A stretch of 64,000 nt of DNA, taken from a virus. The notes below the pieces were generated by a model. That model ran no database searches and had not been told where the DNA came from. It saw nothing but the letters and a program-made list of their open reading frames with translations. Both the position numbers and the translations under genes were made by a program. Below, piece by piece: positions 41,534 to 49,964 of the stretch. The number at the start of each line of letters is the position of its first letter. The stretch's first letter is position 1. The stretch spans positions 1 through 64,000 of IMG/VR virus record IMGVR_UViG_3300008267_000265. The stretch is one strand, 5' to 3'.

Positions 41534-41881
41534 TTACTTGTGTTTAATAAGTAATTCACCTAGAACCTCAATCTTACCAACTATCTCCTGAAAGCGGATC
41601 TGAGATATGTCCATCTCTTTGCTGGTGGCTTTGTGTAGTTTCTTGAGTAGTTCTTTGTATTCTTTTTCTGCTCTCTCGATATCAAACTTACCTTCTGCTG
41701 CCTTTTTATAGTATGGCTCTTTTACTTTGAAGTGATGCCAGGTTAGTAGTGCTAGACCACCTTTATCGTGGGCATTATCAGCAATCTTAGCAGCTCCTTT
41801 GCCACGTGTCTCTGCAAAGTCTTCGAAGGTGTCTTTTACTTCTTTCTTTGCTTCGCTTAGTAGGTCGGTTAGTTTTATCAT
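41534..41881 (-). CDS. Putative internal head protein
   Basis: Start MIKLTDLLSE; LTWHHFKVK. Confidence 0.6.
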   Translation of the reverse strand: MIKLTDLLSEAKKEVKDTFEDFAETRGKGAAKIADNAHDKGGLALLTWHHFKVKEPYYKKAAEGKFDIERAEKEYKELLKKLHKATSKEMDISQIRFQEIVGKIEVLGELLIKHK

Positions 41882-42243
41882 TAGAATAAGTTGGCTACGG
41901 TTAAATTGATAATAAGTGCTATAAAGAATATCATCCAAGCCTGGTTGATTTGTGGTTTAACTCCATCCTCATCGAAGTTACCAATGTGATACGGTCTTGT
42001 TTTAAAATTAGAGAATCCCATTGTTAATCCAGCTCCAATAAATGCAAATAGATATGCTAATACCACATACCACATTTGATGATCCTTGTCTGCAAATAAG
42101 ATTGGAAACGGTATACCTACTCCTATTACTATGACTGGTATTAGAGCAAGTAGTGGGGATAGTATAAAAAAGGATAGACAGTATATTACTGTCCCCGCTA
42201 TGAAATGGTTTGCTTTGTCGGCTGCTATAATTAGTTTTGTCAT
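41881..42243 (-). CDS. Membrane protein, possibly a chimera of two genes
   Basis: DKANHFIAG start; character changes abruptly at GVG/IPFP (about 42115). Confidence 0.45.
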   Translation of the reverse strand: MTKLIIAADKANHFIAGTVIYCLSFFILSPLLALIPVIVIGVGIPFPILFADKDHQMWYVVLAYLFAFIGAGLTMGFSNFKTRPYHIGNFDEDGVKPQINQAWMIFFIALIINLTVANLF

Positions 42244-42350
42244 GCTTTTAATTTCTTCAAGATCGCATTATTTTGATCTATCTGCTTTTGTTTTTTGATA
42301 CCACTTCTTTTTGATTTCATTGGTACCTTTTTTAATTTTGCTCTTGCCAT
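42240..42350 (-). CDS. Small basic protein (not in ORF track)
   Basis: MARAKLKKVPMKSKRSGIKKQKQIDQNNAILKKLKA*; ATGA overlap with the next gene. Confidence 0.6.
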   Translation of the reverse strand: MARAKLKKVPMKSKRSGIKKQKQIDQNNAILKKLKA

Positions 42351-42370
42351 TTGTGGAAGCTCTTTATTAT

Positions 42371-42667
42371 TTATCCTTGTTGCATTAGCTTTTTCATGTA
42401 CGCTCTAGCATCTTGAAGATCATCTATATCTATAGTCGCTTTAATGTGTGCACGTAGTTCATCATCACTAAGCGGTGTCATATCTAGGCGCTCACGTGGC
42501 GAAAAGGCTTGTTTAAAAGCAGGTGTGTTTCTGTTCATTACTATAAAGTCAATATCTTCATCACTACCCTCTTTAAAGCCATAGCCTCCAAATTCGTTCA
42601 ACTGTGATTCTTTAATCAATCCAGCTAATTGCTGCATTCTTTTTGCTTCGTTTATTAGTTTTTTCAT
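42371..42667 (-). CDS. Putative internal head protein
   Basis: Leader MKKLINEAKRMQQLAGLIKESQLNE. Confidence 0.6.
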   Translation of the reverse strand: MKKLINEAKRMQQLAGLIKESQLNEFGGYGFKEGSDEDIDFIVMNRNTPAFKQAFSPRERLDMTPLSDDELRAHIKATIDIDDLQDARAYMKKLMQQG

Positions 42668-42670
42668 ATT

Positions 42671-43288
42671 TTACCATGCTCTGCAGGACCAGTAGTTTGC
42701 TTTCCATCTTGGTCCAGGGTTTTGACAATGGTGTCTTGCTCTATAGGATTTTCTACGAGCTGGGATGTTCTTTTTTATTTTCATGTTAGGATCACCGAAG
42801 TTCACCTTAACAACGTTTCCTTTTGCATTCTTAACGTATACCGATCTTTTCTTGGGTCCGCCTGGTGTTAGGAATGGTTTACCTAGCTTTACTTTGCGAC
42901 CTCTATACTCTGCTTCTTCTAGCTTGTGTTCGTATTCTAATAGATACTCTATCATGCACTCTGTACAGAAGCTATCTGTCTCGTCCATTGCATTTATTCT
43001 ATCCGCTGCTTGTTTTGCTTTTTTAAAAGCTTCTGATCCTTTGCGGGCAGGCTTTTCGCCACGGGCTTGCTTAGCTCTGATGTTTGCCCATAGACCTTTT
43101 AAAGCCTCTTCAACATCAGCTTTTGGATCGTGAAACTCATCATGGGCGTCGTGATTCATTGTATGCATTTCATTTGCTCTTCTTGCACAGCTTCTCTCTC
43201 CTTTTAAATAAGGGGTTGGGCACGATGTTCCTTTTACGTGAACGTGCCCACATCTACCACAGCATGTACCTTTCTTTTCGTCTAGCAT
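42671..43288 (-). CDS. Modular basic protein, putative head cargo
   Basis: Cys/His N-terminal module, GLWANI module, EAEYRGRKVKL...RARHHC...YWSC module. Confidence 0.65.
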   Translation of the reverse strand: MLDEKKGTCCGRCGHVHVKGTSCPTPYLKGERSCARRANEMHTMNHDAHDEFHDPKADVEEALKGLWANIRAKQARGEKPARKGSEAFKKAKQAADRINAMDETDSFCTECMIEYLLEYEHKLEEAEYRGRKVKLGKPFLTPGGPKKRSVYVKNAKGNVVKVNFGDPNMKIKKNIPARRKSYRARHHCQNPGPRWKANYWSCRAW

Positions 43289-43304
43289 TGCTCTTTAGTT
43301 ACTA

Positions 43305-43607
43305 CTATCCTATAATCCGGTTAACATCATTCACAAGATTTCGATCTACGTCAACTGTGCTCCAGTCTGAAAAGTCGATTTCACTATCTATACGCGCTTC
43401 AGGATCTTCTTGAGAAGATAGTTCTTTTTGAGAGAGATCAAATGAAATAGAGTATTCGTTATCTAACATGTCGACTAGTGTATCTATTTTACCGTTGTTA
43501 TAAGCTTTCTTTAGAGCGTTTTTAAAAAATCTCTCAGTAGTTCCTTCACCTTCTTTCAAGATTCCAGCTAATTGCTGCATTCTTTTTGCTTCGTTGATTA
43601 GTTTCAT
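43305..43607 (-). CDS. Putative internal head protein
   Basis: Leader MKLINEAKRMQQLAGILKE. Confidence 0.6.
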   Translation of the reverse strand: MKLINEAKRMQQLAGILKEGEGTTERFFKNALKKAYNNGKIDTLVDMLDNEYSISFDLSQKELSSQEDPEARIDSEIDFSDWSTVDVDRNLVNDVNRIIG

Positions 43608-43608
43608 A

Positions 43609-43828
43609 TTAATGTAAGAATTTTAGTTTGTACTTAGTTGATATAGCCTCTAACGATTCCGTATCTACCTTGGAAACTTTCTACCAAACCGTCTGCTAAA
43701 TCAACGATTTCATCGTAGAAGGTATTCAATGCTGCGTGAGCTGCAAATGAAGTTGTCTGTAGGTGAAAGATGTGAGCTTGTGTGCGTGATGCAAACAGCG
43801 TGCTGATGAATTGTGCGTATTGTTCCAT
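43609..43828 (-). CDS. Ferritin/Dps-like helical phage protein (DUF5856-like); internal deletion and frame break
   Basis: QAHIFHLQTTSFAAHAALNTFYD...VESFQGRYG; C-terminus STKYKLKFLH* sits in another frame. Confidence 0.65.
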
Positions 43829-44169
43829 TATTTTTTATCTTTATTTTCTGGTAATCCGTATGGGATGCCTAGTATGCTGTGTACAACACTTCTAAACATT
43901 TTTTGCGACTCTACTTGAAATGCTTTTAATAGTAAATCCTGTAGTACTTTATTGCCTACTAACAGTGGTATTTTATGGTTTTCTGGACCGTGGTAGAAAG
44001 CGCTTATTTCAAGTTTTAATTTATTGTTATCATCCACGTATAATCTAACAGATGGCACGTCGTCTACCTGCTCCGGGTCAGCGGGTTCATCTATTTGATT
44101 AAACTCCTCCTCACCAACAATACCTGCTAGTTCTTGTAATCTTCTTGATTCGTTGATTGATTGTTTCAT
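43828..44169 (-). CDS. Putative internal head protein
   Basis: Leader MKQSINESRRLQELAGIVGE. Confidence 0.6.
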   Translation of the reverse strand: MKQSINESRRLQELAGIVGEEEFNQIDEPADPEQVDDVPSVRLYVDDNNKLKLEISAFYHGPENHKIPLLVGNKVLQDLLLKAFQVESQKMFRSVVHSILGIPYGLPENKDKK

Positions 44170-44783
44170 TACTCCTCTTCTTTTTCGATTTCTTTTTTAG
44201 ATGCCTCAACCCTTTGATGCTTACTGCGGAGCTCTGCGATTCTTTGTAGCATTTCTTGTGCTTTCATGTCATTACCCTCATCCATGCAGCGATTAACTTC
44301 TTTTTGCAGTTTCTTAATTGTTTCTTCAATTTTAGAAATTACTGTATGCTTCTTATCTTCGATTTCTTTTAGTTTATTTTGGATAGCTGCAATAAGCTGG
44401 TCAGCTGTTTTTACAGCTTTTGACTCCTCTTTGTAAATGCCGATTACCTCTTCCTCGTACAAGCCACCTCTAACCTGATTTGCAAAGTGTAATACGTTTG
44501 ACTCAAACACGATATCTTCCATTGTTGATCCTTCGTTTGGTCTAGTCACTACCCAAAAACTTCCAACTTCGTCTACCATTTCAGGCTGCTGGGCTTCTTC
44601 AATAGACTCATTTACGTGTTTTGGTAATCCTTTGTGCTTTGTAGATGCTACTTTTTCTAATTCTTTTTTAGACATCTTAGCCATTGATTTAGCTGCGCCT
44701 TTAAGATCTGTTGTTTTTCCTTTTTTCTTAGCTGCTAAAGCTGCTCCTGCTGCTTGTTGTTGTGCTTTTGATACTGCTGGCAT
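44169..44783 (-). CDS. DUF3008-like N-terminus plus coiled coil
   Basis: MPAVSKAQQQAAGAALAAK...ASTKHKGLP, then a VNE junction. Confidence 0.6.
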   Translation of the reverse strand: MPAVSKAQQQAAGAALAAKKKGKTTDLKGAAKSMAKMSKKELEKVASTKHKGLPKHVNESIEEAQQPEMVDEVGSFWVVTRPNEGSTMEDIVFESNVLHFANQVRGGLYEEEVIGIYKEESKAVKTADQLIAAIQNKLKEIEDKKHTVISKIEETIKKLQKEVNRCMDEGNDMKAQEMLQRIAELRSKHQRVEASKKEIEKEEE

Positions 44784-44784
44784 G

Positions 44785-45229
44785 TTATTGTGAGTTATTT
44801 TGATTATAAATATCAAGTTTCTTAAGTTCAGCTATACGCTCTTTTACCTGTTGGTATATAGCTTTCTTGTCTCCTCCTCCCCATTTCTCTACTTCTCCAG
44901 CTGATGACACAGTCAAAACAGGTTTTGTGGATGTTCCACATTTTCTTCTCAATATCGTGCGTTTTCATAAGACCCCCACAATTAGGACAGGAGAGAGGCA
45001 TTAAAACTAGTTCTTTGATCTTATCGAGTTTGGTAACTGTCTGCTTTATGCCGCTCTTGATAGTCCATTTCTTGCCACCCTCTTCCCAGATATCACCTTC
45101 TCCGTAGCTCTTCTTCTCTTTTTCCCAGCCAGCTTGCAGTTGTGTTGCATCTCCTGTGTTACCTGTGATGATGTTTCTCATTCTTTGCACATCTCTTGGT
45201 GCAAATTCTTTCTTTAAATTATTGTCCAT
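44785..45229 (-). CDS. Zn-finger phage protein; frame broken near 44901
   Basis: GDIWEEGGKKWTIK, CPNC and CFDC; C-terminus AGEVEKWGGGDK... in another frame. Confidence 0.6.
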
Positions 45230-45249
45230 AACATTTTATTTTATTATTA

Positions 45250-46053
45250 TTATTCGTCGTCGTCTGGAAATAGTTGGTGTGCTTTGCTTGTATCGATTTT
45301 CATGAATTTATTTACATCCTTTGGATCAGCTATGACATAGAATAAGCCGTCTTGCTCTTCTTCAGATGCTTTTCTTGTTCTGTGATTACCGTCTATCAAG
45401 ATCCACTCTGTCTTTTTTGATTCTGGATCTTCGAACTTTACTACGATTCCAATTGGCTTGCTGTAATCTATCTTCATAGCAGCTACCTTTGTAGGTTCTG
45501 CTACACTAAACTCAGGATGTGATAACTGCTTCATCATATATGGCTTGAATGGCTTAATGTTGCTTTTAACCTTTCCTGACTCAATCATTTGGTAAGCCCT
45601 TGTTACATCAAACAAATACCTACCGTTGTATGCTGAGAATATTTCATTTTCTGGTTTGATCTTAGCTTCGCTCATCATCTGCGATGACGCATCTAGATCA
45701 TAAACACTTAAATTCAGCTTACCGTAATCTCTCATTAAGATACCTGCCATCGCATTTGCTTCGTTCTCAATCTCCGATCCAGTATCACCTGAGTTAGTTG
45801 CGATCATACCAAGCTCGTTCTGTCTGTGGTGTACCAGTTCATGTGCCAAACTTCTACACACATCTGCTAAATTTCTGCCTGGGTAGTACAGTCTTATTTG
45901 GTTCTCATGCACACTATACTCACCGTATGATCTAAATTGCTCAACAAAGCTTCTATCATTTATCAGTTTAATCACAGGTAGCGACTGTATGTTTAACTCT
46001 TCTTTACAGTATCTAATAAAGTGTTTTATTATATCAAGCTTGTTTTGGTTCAT
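45250..46053 (-). CDS. HExxH metallopeptidase-like domain fused to ParB/Srx-like domain
   Basis: RSLAHELVHHRQ...ENEANA and ILIDGNHR. Confidence 0.65.
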   Translation of the reverse strand: MNQNKLDIIKHFIRYCKEELNIQSLPVIKLINDRSFVEQFRSYGEYSVHENQIRLYYPGRNLADVCRSLAHELVHHRQNELGMIATNSGDTGSEIENEANAMAGILMRDYGKLNLSVYDLDASSQMMSEAKIKPENEIFSAYNGRYLFDVTRAYQMIESGKVKSNIKPFKPYMMKQLSHPEFSVAEPTKVAAMKIDYSKPIGIVVKFEDPESKKTEWILIDGNHRTRKASEEEQDGLFYVIADPKDVNKFMKIDTSKAHQLFPDDDE

Positions 46054-46726
46054 TTGGTATAGGTGGTGCTTTAGGTATAGGTGGTGCTTCAGGTGTTGCT
46101 GGTTCAGCCGGTGCTGGTTCTTCTTGCGGTTCTGGTTGCTCTTCCGGTGGCTGAATTGTTGCTGTCAGCATTTGAAATATTTTTGGAGCGAATCCTTTAT
46201 TGTAAGCTGCTTCTGGGATTGTTGTTTTGAATCCCTCATAATCACGCTTTCTCAAAAGCTCTCTAACGTAGTACGAATTAACTCTACCATCCTTCTCCTG
46301 TACTGAGATTGTCTTTAGAATGTTTGGGTATCTTTGTCGTAGACTTTTCATGTATTCCTGATCATCCTTCTCATCTTCTCCTCCTGCTACGTAGATTGCT
46401 TTTAGATCCTCTTTACCTGCCAAGTATTTAAAGATATCTTCTACTGGACTATCCTCTTCGGCTATTCTTACTTTGATCTTTGGATTTGGTTCTGCCTTCA
46501 AAAACATCTTCCACACTTGCAGTGACTGCTCTGGTGTGAGGCCTTCTTCAGTTTTTCTGCTTATTATAACAACTACTTCTGTTATATAATTTCTGGATGT
46601 GAGATTTTTAGCAGCTTTAAAGTGACCTTTATGAGGTGGCTTGAAACCTGCTGGATAAAAGCAGATGCCTGCTTCGTTTACAATCTCTTCAACTATTAAT
46701 TTGGCTATTGATGTGTAGTCAATCAT
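46034..46726 (-). CDS. Cytidylyltransferase-like (HxGH) nucleotidyltransferase
   Basis: FYPAGFKPPHKGH motif. Confidence 0.7.
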   Translation of the reverse strand: MIDYTSIAKLIVEEIVNEAGICFYPAGFKPPHKGHFKAAKNLTSRNYITEVVVIISRKTEEGLTPEQSLQVWKMFLKAEPNPKIKVRIAEEDSPVEDIFKYLAGKEDLKAIYVAGGEDEKDDQEYMKSLRQRYPNILKTISVQEKDGRVNSYYVRELLRKRDYEGFKTTIPEAAYNKGFAPKIFQMLTATIQPPEEQPEPQEEPAPAEPATPEAPPIPKAPPIPNEPKQA

Positions 46727-46739
46727 ATGATAATAAATA

Positions 46740-47396
46740 TCATTGAGCCGGATCTACCTCGGTAATTAGTTGGTTATTACGTTTTTTAAACAATTCTTTT
46801 AGCTCTTCCATGTATTTTGCAGCCTGCTCAATCCTATCTATCATGCTTTTTACCTCATCCTCATTACGATTCAGTCTGTAAACGAACATAGTATACTCGG
46901 AATCTACTCTTGGATCAAAGCTAATAAAGTCACACCACTGCGCATTTGCACATATCATATTAGAAATACACTGGTAGTAATAGTCGGATGCTATCTTTTT
47001 GAAGTCTGCATCTGTCTTTATCATGCCGTGCTTAAAGTGTTTTGCAGATGTATAGGGGCATTTCACTTCTATAATACCTTCAGGCGGTGCTATTCCGTCC
47101 GGAGATCCGCCGTAGTAGTCGTTGTATACTATAAAAGATGCCTTATCTACTTGTGTTTTTGTAATATCTGAGTAGTGTTCTATCGCTACTGGCTCCCAAT
47201 TCGTTCCCCATTCTAAGGCTATTCCAGTGGCTGAGGATGCTGCACCGCCGTAAAACTCCGATACTTTTTCCAGTAGGTAGGTCTTTGCTGTCTCACTAAA
47301 CCCCTCTTTGCCCATTATTTTATGTACTTCAGAGCTTGTTATTTTACCTTTTCTGATCTTGAACCATTCCTGGCTTCTTTGTTCAATTATCTGCAT
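46740..47396 (-). CDS. YqaJ/lambda-exonuclease family nuclease
   Basis: QRSQEWFKIRKGKITSS, GSPDG, EVKCP, YYYQ, CDFISFDPR. Confidence 0.9.
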   Translation of the reverse strand: MQIIEQRSQEWFKIRKGKITSSEVHKIMGKEGFSETAKTYLLEKVSEFYGGAASSATGIALEWGTNWEPVAIEHYSDITKTQVDKASFIVYNDYYGGSPDGIAPPEGIIEVKCPYTSAKHFKHGMIKTDADFKKIASDYYYQCISNMICANAQWCDFISFDPRVDSEYTMFVYRLNRNEDEVKSMIDRIEQAAKYMEELKELFKKRNNQLITEVDPAQ

Positions 47397-48154
47397 AGTT
47401 GCATTTTCTTTAGTAGCAAGTCGCTGAATGTTAGCTGCTTTGCTGTGTGTAAATACTTTGTTATATTTTCAAAGCCAATATCGGATGGGTCTTTTCCTTC
47501 TAATTCAATCAAATAAACGTCTTTACCGAGGTTTAATAATTGTTGTGAGTAGTTGATAGCTTCCTTTAAGGCATCGTTATCTAACGCAAGATAAACCGTT
47601 TTAACATCATTCTCTACGAGCTTCATCATAAGAGACTTTGGAATCGTCTTACCGAAGAGTGGTATTGCATTTCTTTTGAGTGCTATTGCGTCAAAAATAC
47701 CCTCACATAGTATGACTGGTACCTTCCAATTAATATAATACTCAAAACCAATCAGCTCATTCTTGTTGCAAGACGGTGCATTATACTTTCTTCCTGGATC
47801 TTTCTCGAATGATCTTGAGATGTAGTAGTTTAGTTTACCATTTTTATCGTAGGATGGCACTTGGTAAGTTTTGTTCTGTTCTTCTCCTTTTCCATCTGGA
47901 AAGTAGGACCTCATTTCACTTACTTGTGTAGGATCTGCGTGTAGTTTCTTGAGTAATGATACTAGATTTCTACCCTTAGTTGCAGGCTGACACGTCCAGC
48001 AGTTATAGAAGCCAGTCGTTGGATCTATCTCAAGTTTTGGTTTATGATGCTTGCAGAAAGGACAATGGAAGGCGTGATTACCCTTCGTAGATGGCTTGGA
48101 TCTACCAATAACAGTGTGTAATAAACCTAATACTAACCGTGCTTTTTCGTTCAT
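47387..48154 (-). CDS. DNA primase (Zn-binding + TOPRIM), with an internal deletion
   Basis: CPFC/CWTC, CEGIFDA, LALDND, KDPSD. Confidence 0.85.
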   Translation of the reverse strand: MNEKARLVLGLLHTVIGRSKPSTKGNHAFHCPFCKHHKPKLEIDPTTGFYNCWTCQPATKGRNLVSLLKKLHADPTQVSEMRSYFPDGKGEEQNKTYQVPSYDKNGKLNYYISRSFEKDPGRKYNAPSCNKNELIGFEYYINWKVPVILCEGIFDAIALKRNAIPLFGKTIPKSLMMKLVENDVKTVYLALDNDALKEAINYSQQLLNLGKDVYLIELEGKDPSDIGFENITKYLHTAKQLTFSDLLLKKMQLCR

Positions 48155-48172
48155 AGTATACCTTTAACTTAT

Positions 48173-48201
48173 ACTATACTACTTCTTCTTTGTATTTGCA
48201 A
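48173..48201 (-). promoter_or_regulatory. Sigma70-like promoter TTGCAA-N17-TATAGT for primase
   Basis: 17-nt spacing; -10 box ends 18 nt before the ATG. Confidence 0.5.
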
Positions 48202-48619
48202 CAGGCTGTTCTTCCAGCCATGCGTCCGGAATCTTTTTATCGGCGTACGGTATGCCTAGTGCTTCACACCAACTGCCATAGGTTGTCTTTGATCTCTTGG
48301 ATATTTTTGTATTGGAGTTGCTAAATACGAATCTAATATCAAGCTCTGGGTGTTGTTCTTTAATCAGCTTGTGCTTCTTTCTATCTGCTAGTACGAATCT
48401 ACCTTTTGTTTCTACAATAATTCCGTTCCATAGCTTGAAATCGGGTAAGTAGGTGTGATCTTTAGCGGGGACTGTATATTTTACAGTATTTGCTTTGTCT
48501 TCGTAGTCGTAATATATCTTTTGTTGTTGTAGTTGCTCTGCAACCGCTTCTTCTAATCCGCTGCGGTATCCGTGCTTTATTGCTCTTGCTCTCGCACTAA
48601 CCTTTTTCTTTTTTTTCAT
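48179..48619 (-). CDS. T7-type endonuclease I (Holliday junction resolvase)
   Basis: YRSGLEE, YLPDF, ETKGRF, HPELDIRFVF, KTTYGSWC. Confidence 0.92.
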   Translation of the reverse strand: MKKKKKVSARARAIKHGYRSGLEEAVAEQLQQQKIYYDYEDKANTVKYTVPAKDHTYLPDFKLWNGIIVETKGRFVLADRKKHKLIKEQHPELDIRFVFSNSNTKISKRSKTTYGSWCEALGIPYADKKIPDAWLEEQPVANTKKK

Positions 48620-48628
48620 AAGTTTGTT

Positions 48629-49000
48629 TTAAGAATCCCATCTGACTATGAACGTCATATCCGTATTGGATGGGATCGGGTATGGGGTCGCCAATTTACC
48701 AACTACTAGTAGATCGTTATTTTCATTGTAAAGACCTATGGTAGTTGCATATGGACGGAAGTCTGATCCCGTAATATTATCAGCTAATGTACCATCTATA
48801 ATTTGACCATTTATAGCCGTTTGCCCTGGTGGTGCAAAAAACGGTAATGCTGCTGAGGAGGTTATACCTGATACCCTAGCAAATACTGATGGATTCTGTG
48901 AGTAATTAAAGTCGTTTTCTAAAACTCTACACTTAACCTCGTTCTGATAAATTGTGGTTTCAGAGGTAAGTCTTAGTTGGTATGGTATTGTTGTTGGCAT
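48629..49000 (-). CDS. Baseplate protein C-terminal-like domain, paralogous to the end of 59325..60410
   Basis: FNYSQNPS...PYATTIGLYNENNDLLVVGKLATP compared with YNYSSNPS...YITTIGMYNDNTELLAVAKLSKP. Confidence 0.7.
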   Translation of the reverse strand: MPTTIPYQLRLTSETTIYQNEVKCRVLENDFNYSQNPSVFARVSGITSSAALPFFAPPGQTAINGQIIDGTLADNITGSDFRPYATTIGLYNENNDLLVVGKLATPYPIPSNTDMTFIVRWDS

Positions 49001-49019
49001 GCTTATAAATAGATTATTG

Positions 49020-49964
49020 CTACTGTTTTACTTCAACTACAGCTATATTTGCTGCATACGAGTACTCATCTGTCATTGGAAACAGCTCTTTACTCTTTGC
49101 ATAATGTCTTATCATATTTGCAAATTTTTGCCTGTCCATGTCTTTTTTAAAACAGAATTTATGAATAAGAAAATCGCAGAGTCTGTGAGCATCTTCTATT
49201 GGTTGTACGTTCGTAACAAATTCTTCTTTTGAATAAATTATTCCATACGCATTGTAGAAGGTGCCTGGAGCATACTGCACGTACGGCACTCCTTTTAGGA
49301 GCGCATCCACTGCAAAAGTAGAGTTGAAGGATACACAAAATTCTGCATTGTCTATTATACTCAACCTTGCTTTTCCATACTTACATCCATACTGCTTTAC
49401 AATGGCTTCTAACTCTGCGTAGATTTCTCCAGAATTCCATGGATGAAATTTAACAAATAGTTTATCTCCGTAAAATTTACAGCAATCTCTTACAAACTCT
49501 AAGTACTTCTTTGTACTTGTTACGCTCAGTATCGATCTATCTGTTGGATTCTGTAGTATCAAGACCGGGCCAGTCCAGCTAGCGATCTCACTTTCATTGT
49601 ATGTTGCATTGTATTTAGATTGCTGATGGGCTGGAAGACTTTGTATCAACTCTCTAGCACTTTTTTTATCTTCTAGATCAAAGTCAGCCACTGCCTTATA
49701 ACCAGCTGCTGTGTTTAATGAAATAGTCTGGTAGTTGCCAACTGTATCTATAAAGGATGCGTTGTGAAAAAAGCCTGTTTCCATCACACCGTATCTATCG
49801 CCGTACTGAGCAGTATACGGCTTAGTTCCCCAGTAGACAACATACTCGTAATCTGTTTTACTCTTGTGGCTAAAAGTGAATCCTAGCTCTTGAGCCTCTG
49901 CTTCTGTTGTTAGCGGTAGCAGTCCGTAGTTAGTTGCGTATGATGGCAGTACTATACTAGACAC
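49020..49964 (-). CDS. KpsS/KpsC-like (GT107-type) glycosyltransferase
   Basis: LQNPTD (QxxxD), VKFHP, NSTFAVDALLKGVP. Confidence 0.65.
   Translation of the reverse strand: MSSIVLPSYATNYGLLPLTTEAEAQELGFTFSHKSKTDYEYVVYWGTKPYTAQYGDRYGVMETGFFHNASFIDTVGNYQTISLNTAAGYKAVADFDLEDKKSARELIQSLPAHQQSKYNATYNESEIASWTGPVLILQNPTDRSILSVTSTKKYLEFVRDCCKFYGDKLFVKFHPWNSGEIYAELEAIVKQYGCKYGKARLSIIDNAEFCVSFNSTFAVDALLKGVPYVQYAPGTFYNAYGIIYSKEEFVTNVQPIEDAHRLCDFLIHKFCFKKDMDRQKFANMIRHYAKSKELFPMTDEYSYAANIAVVEVKQ

Noticed and set aside
38606-48154. Introns or inteins in terminase or primase
   Set aside because: These genes are shorter than expected, not interrupted, and no splicing motifs or homing endonucleases are seen
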